The notes beneath the pieces were generated by a model that saw only the letters and a program-made list of their open reading frames with translations, searched no databases and was not told the origin of the DNA. DNA of 63,514 nt, counting the filler, from Rhabdomonas costata (lineage: Eukaryota): NCBI GenBank assembly GCA_019059605.1. It is 38 parts of 38 records of this genome, joined end to end, with 100 filler letters (N's around TTAATTAATTAA, not from the genome) between each part and the next. Parts side by side here need not be neighbours in the genome. Positions count along the whole stretch, not along the records: positions 61,942 to 63,514 come from JAHMHO010012784.1; 37 more parts are not named here. One strand, given 5' to 3'. Every line of letters starts with the position of its first letter. Positions within the stretch are counted from its first letter, which is position 1. Of the stretch, positions 63,079-63,514 are shown piece by piece. Position numbers and translations under genes: made by a program.

Positions 63079-63514
63079 GTGTCCACCATCGCTGTGTCGT
63101 TGTTCCATTCTCTGACCCGACAGGCAATTCCATATTCCAGAAAGCAGCGTCCATGAATCCATTTCTGTTTGCACGATTAATCTACTCGATCTTTCATGAC
63201 ATCCTGAGCCCTTTTTGCCACCCGTTGTTGATACAACACATAGGGCACACAGGAGCACTCAGGATAGGTACACACAATATGGCAGGAGGCAAAATTCGTG
63301 CATGTTCCCCTTCTCTTCTTTCGACTCATGTGCACTTTTTACCCCTCAGTTGCACTTTGGAACTAACCAGCAACCCAACCCCGCCATTCCCTCCACTTCA
63401 TTTTCTCCTAAACCCTCACCATCACCCCCAACCCGATGCCACCGCCACCCCGTATGCTTTGTTCCTGTTCCTCTTCCTTCAGTCCTACCCCACACCCTAA
63501 TCACACCCAACACA

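Noticed and set aside
206..63500. Most ORFs in the six-frame track, and any operon-like or defence-island reading of neighbouring genes
   Set aside because: Eukaryotic intron-rich DNA; most ORFs are antisense shadows or exon-intron read-throughs, and neighbours lie on unrelated contigs

Overview
This window is not contiguous DNA. It is 38 unrelated ~1.56-1.58 kb contigs joined by 37 artificial 100-bp spacers (44 N + TTAATTAATTAA + 44 N), so nothing can be inferred from adjacency across spacers. Most contigs start with G/T-only and end with C/A-only tracts, and eight carry near-perfect fold-back inverted repeats at their ends, consistent with whole-genome-amplified material. The source is an intron-rich eukaryote with TTAGGG-type repeats, probably a euglenozoan (inferred from an 'EWMY'-type cyclase, Cache-domain receptors and helical E/R/L-rich proteins). 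By manual splicing (GT-AG, one GC-AG) I recognise fragments of Aquarius (AQR), a DEAH helicase, a GH3 beta-glucosidase, a GT23 fucosyltransferase, a hemerythrin, a tandem-Cache receptor, a degenerate class III cyclase, and SEA-like, F-box, caspase-like, ABC-2 permease, IQ, RRM-like and WDR7-like proteins. There is also the 5' end of a Ty3/Gypsy-like LTR retrotransposon. Best leads: (1) a dispersed repeat that sits between splice signals in three unrelated contigs (introner-like); (2) an intronless WWE protein with a putative ADP-ribosyltransferase-like domain; (3) an unidentified, multicopy, decayed intronless ORF family.
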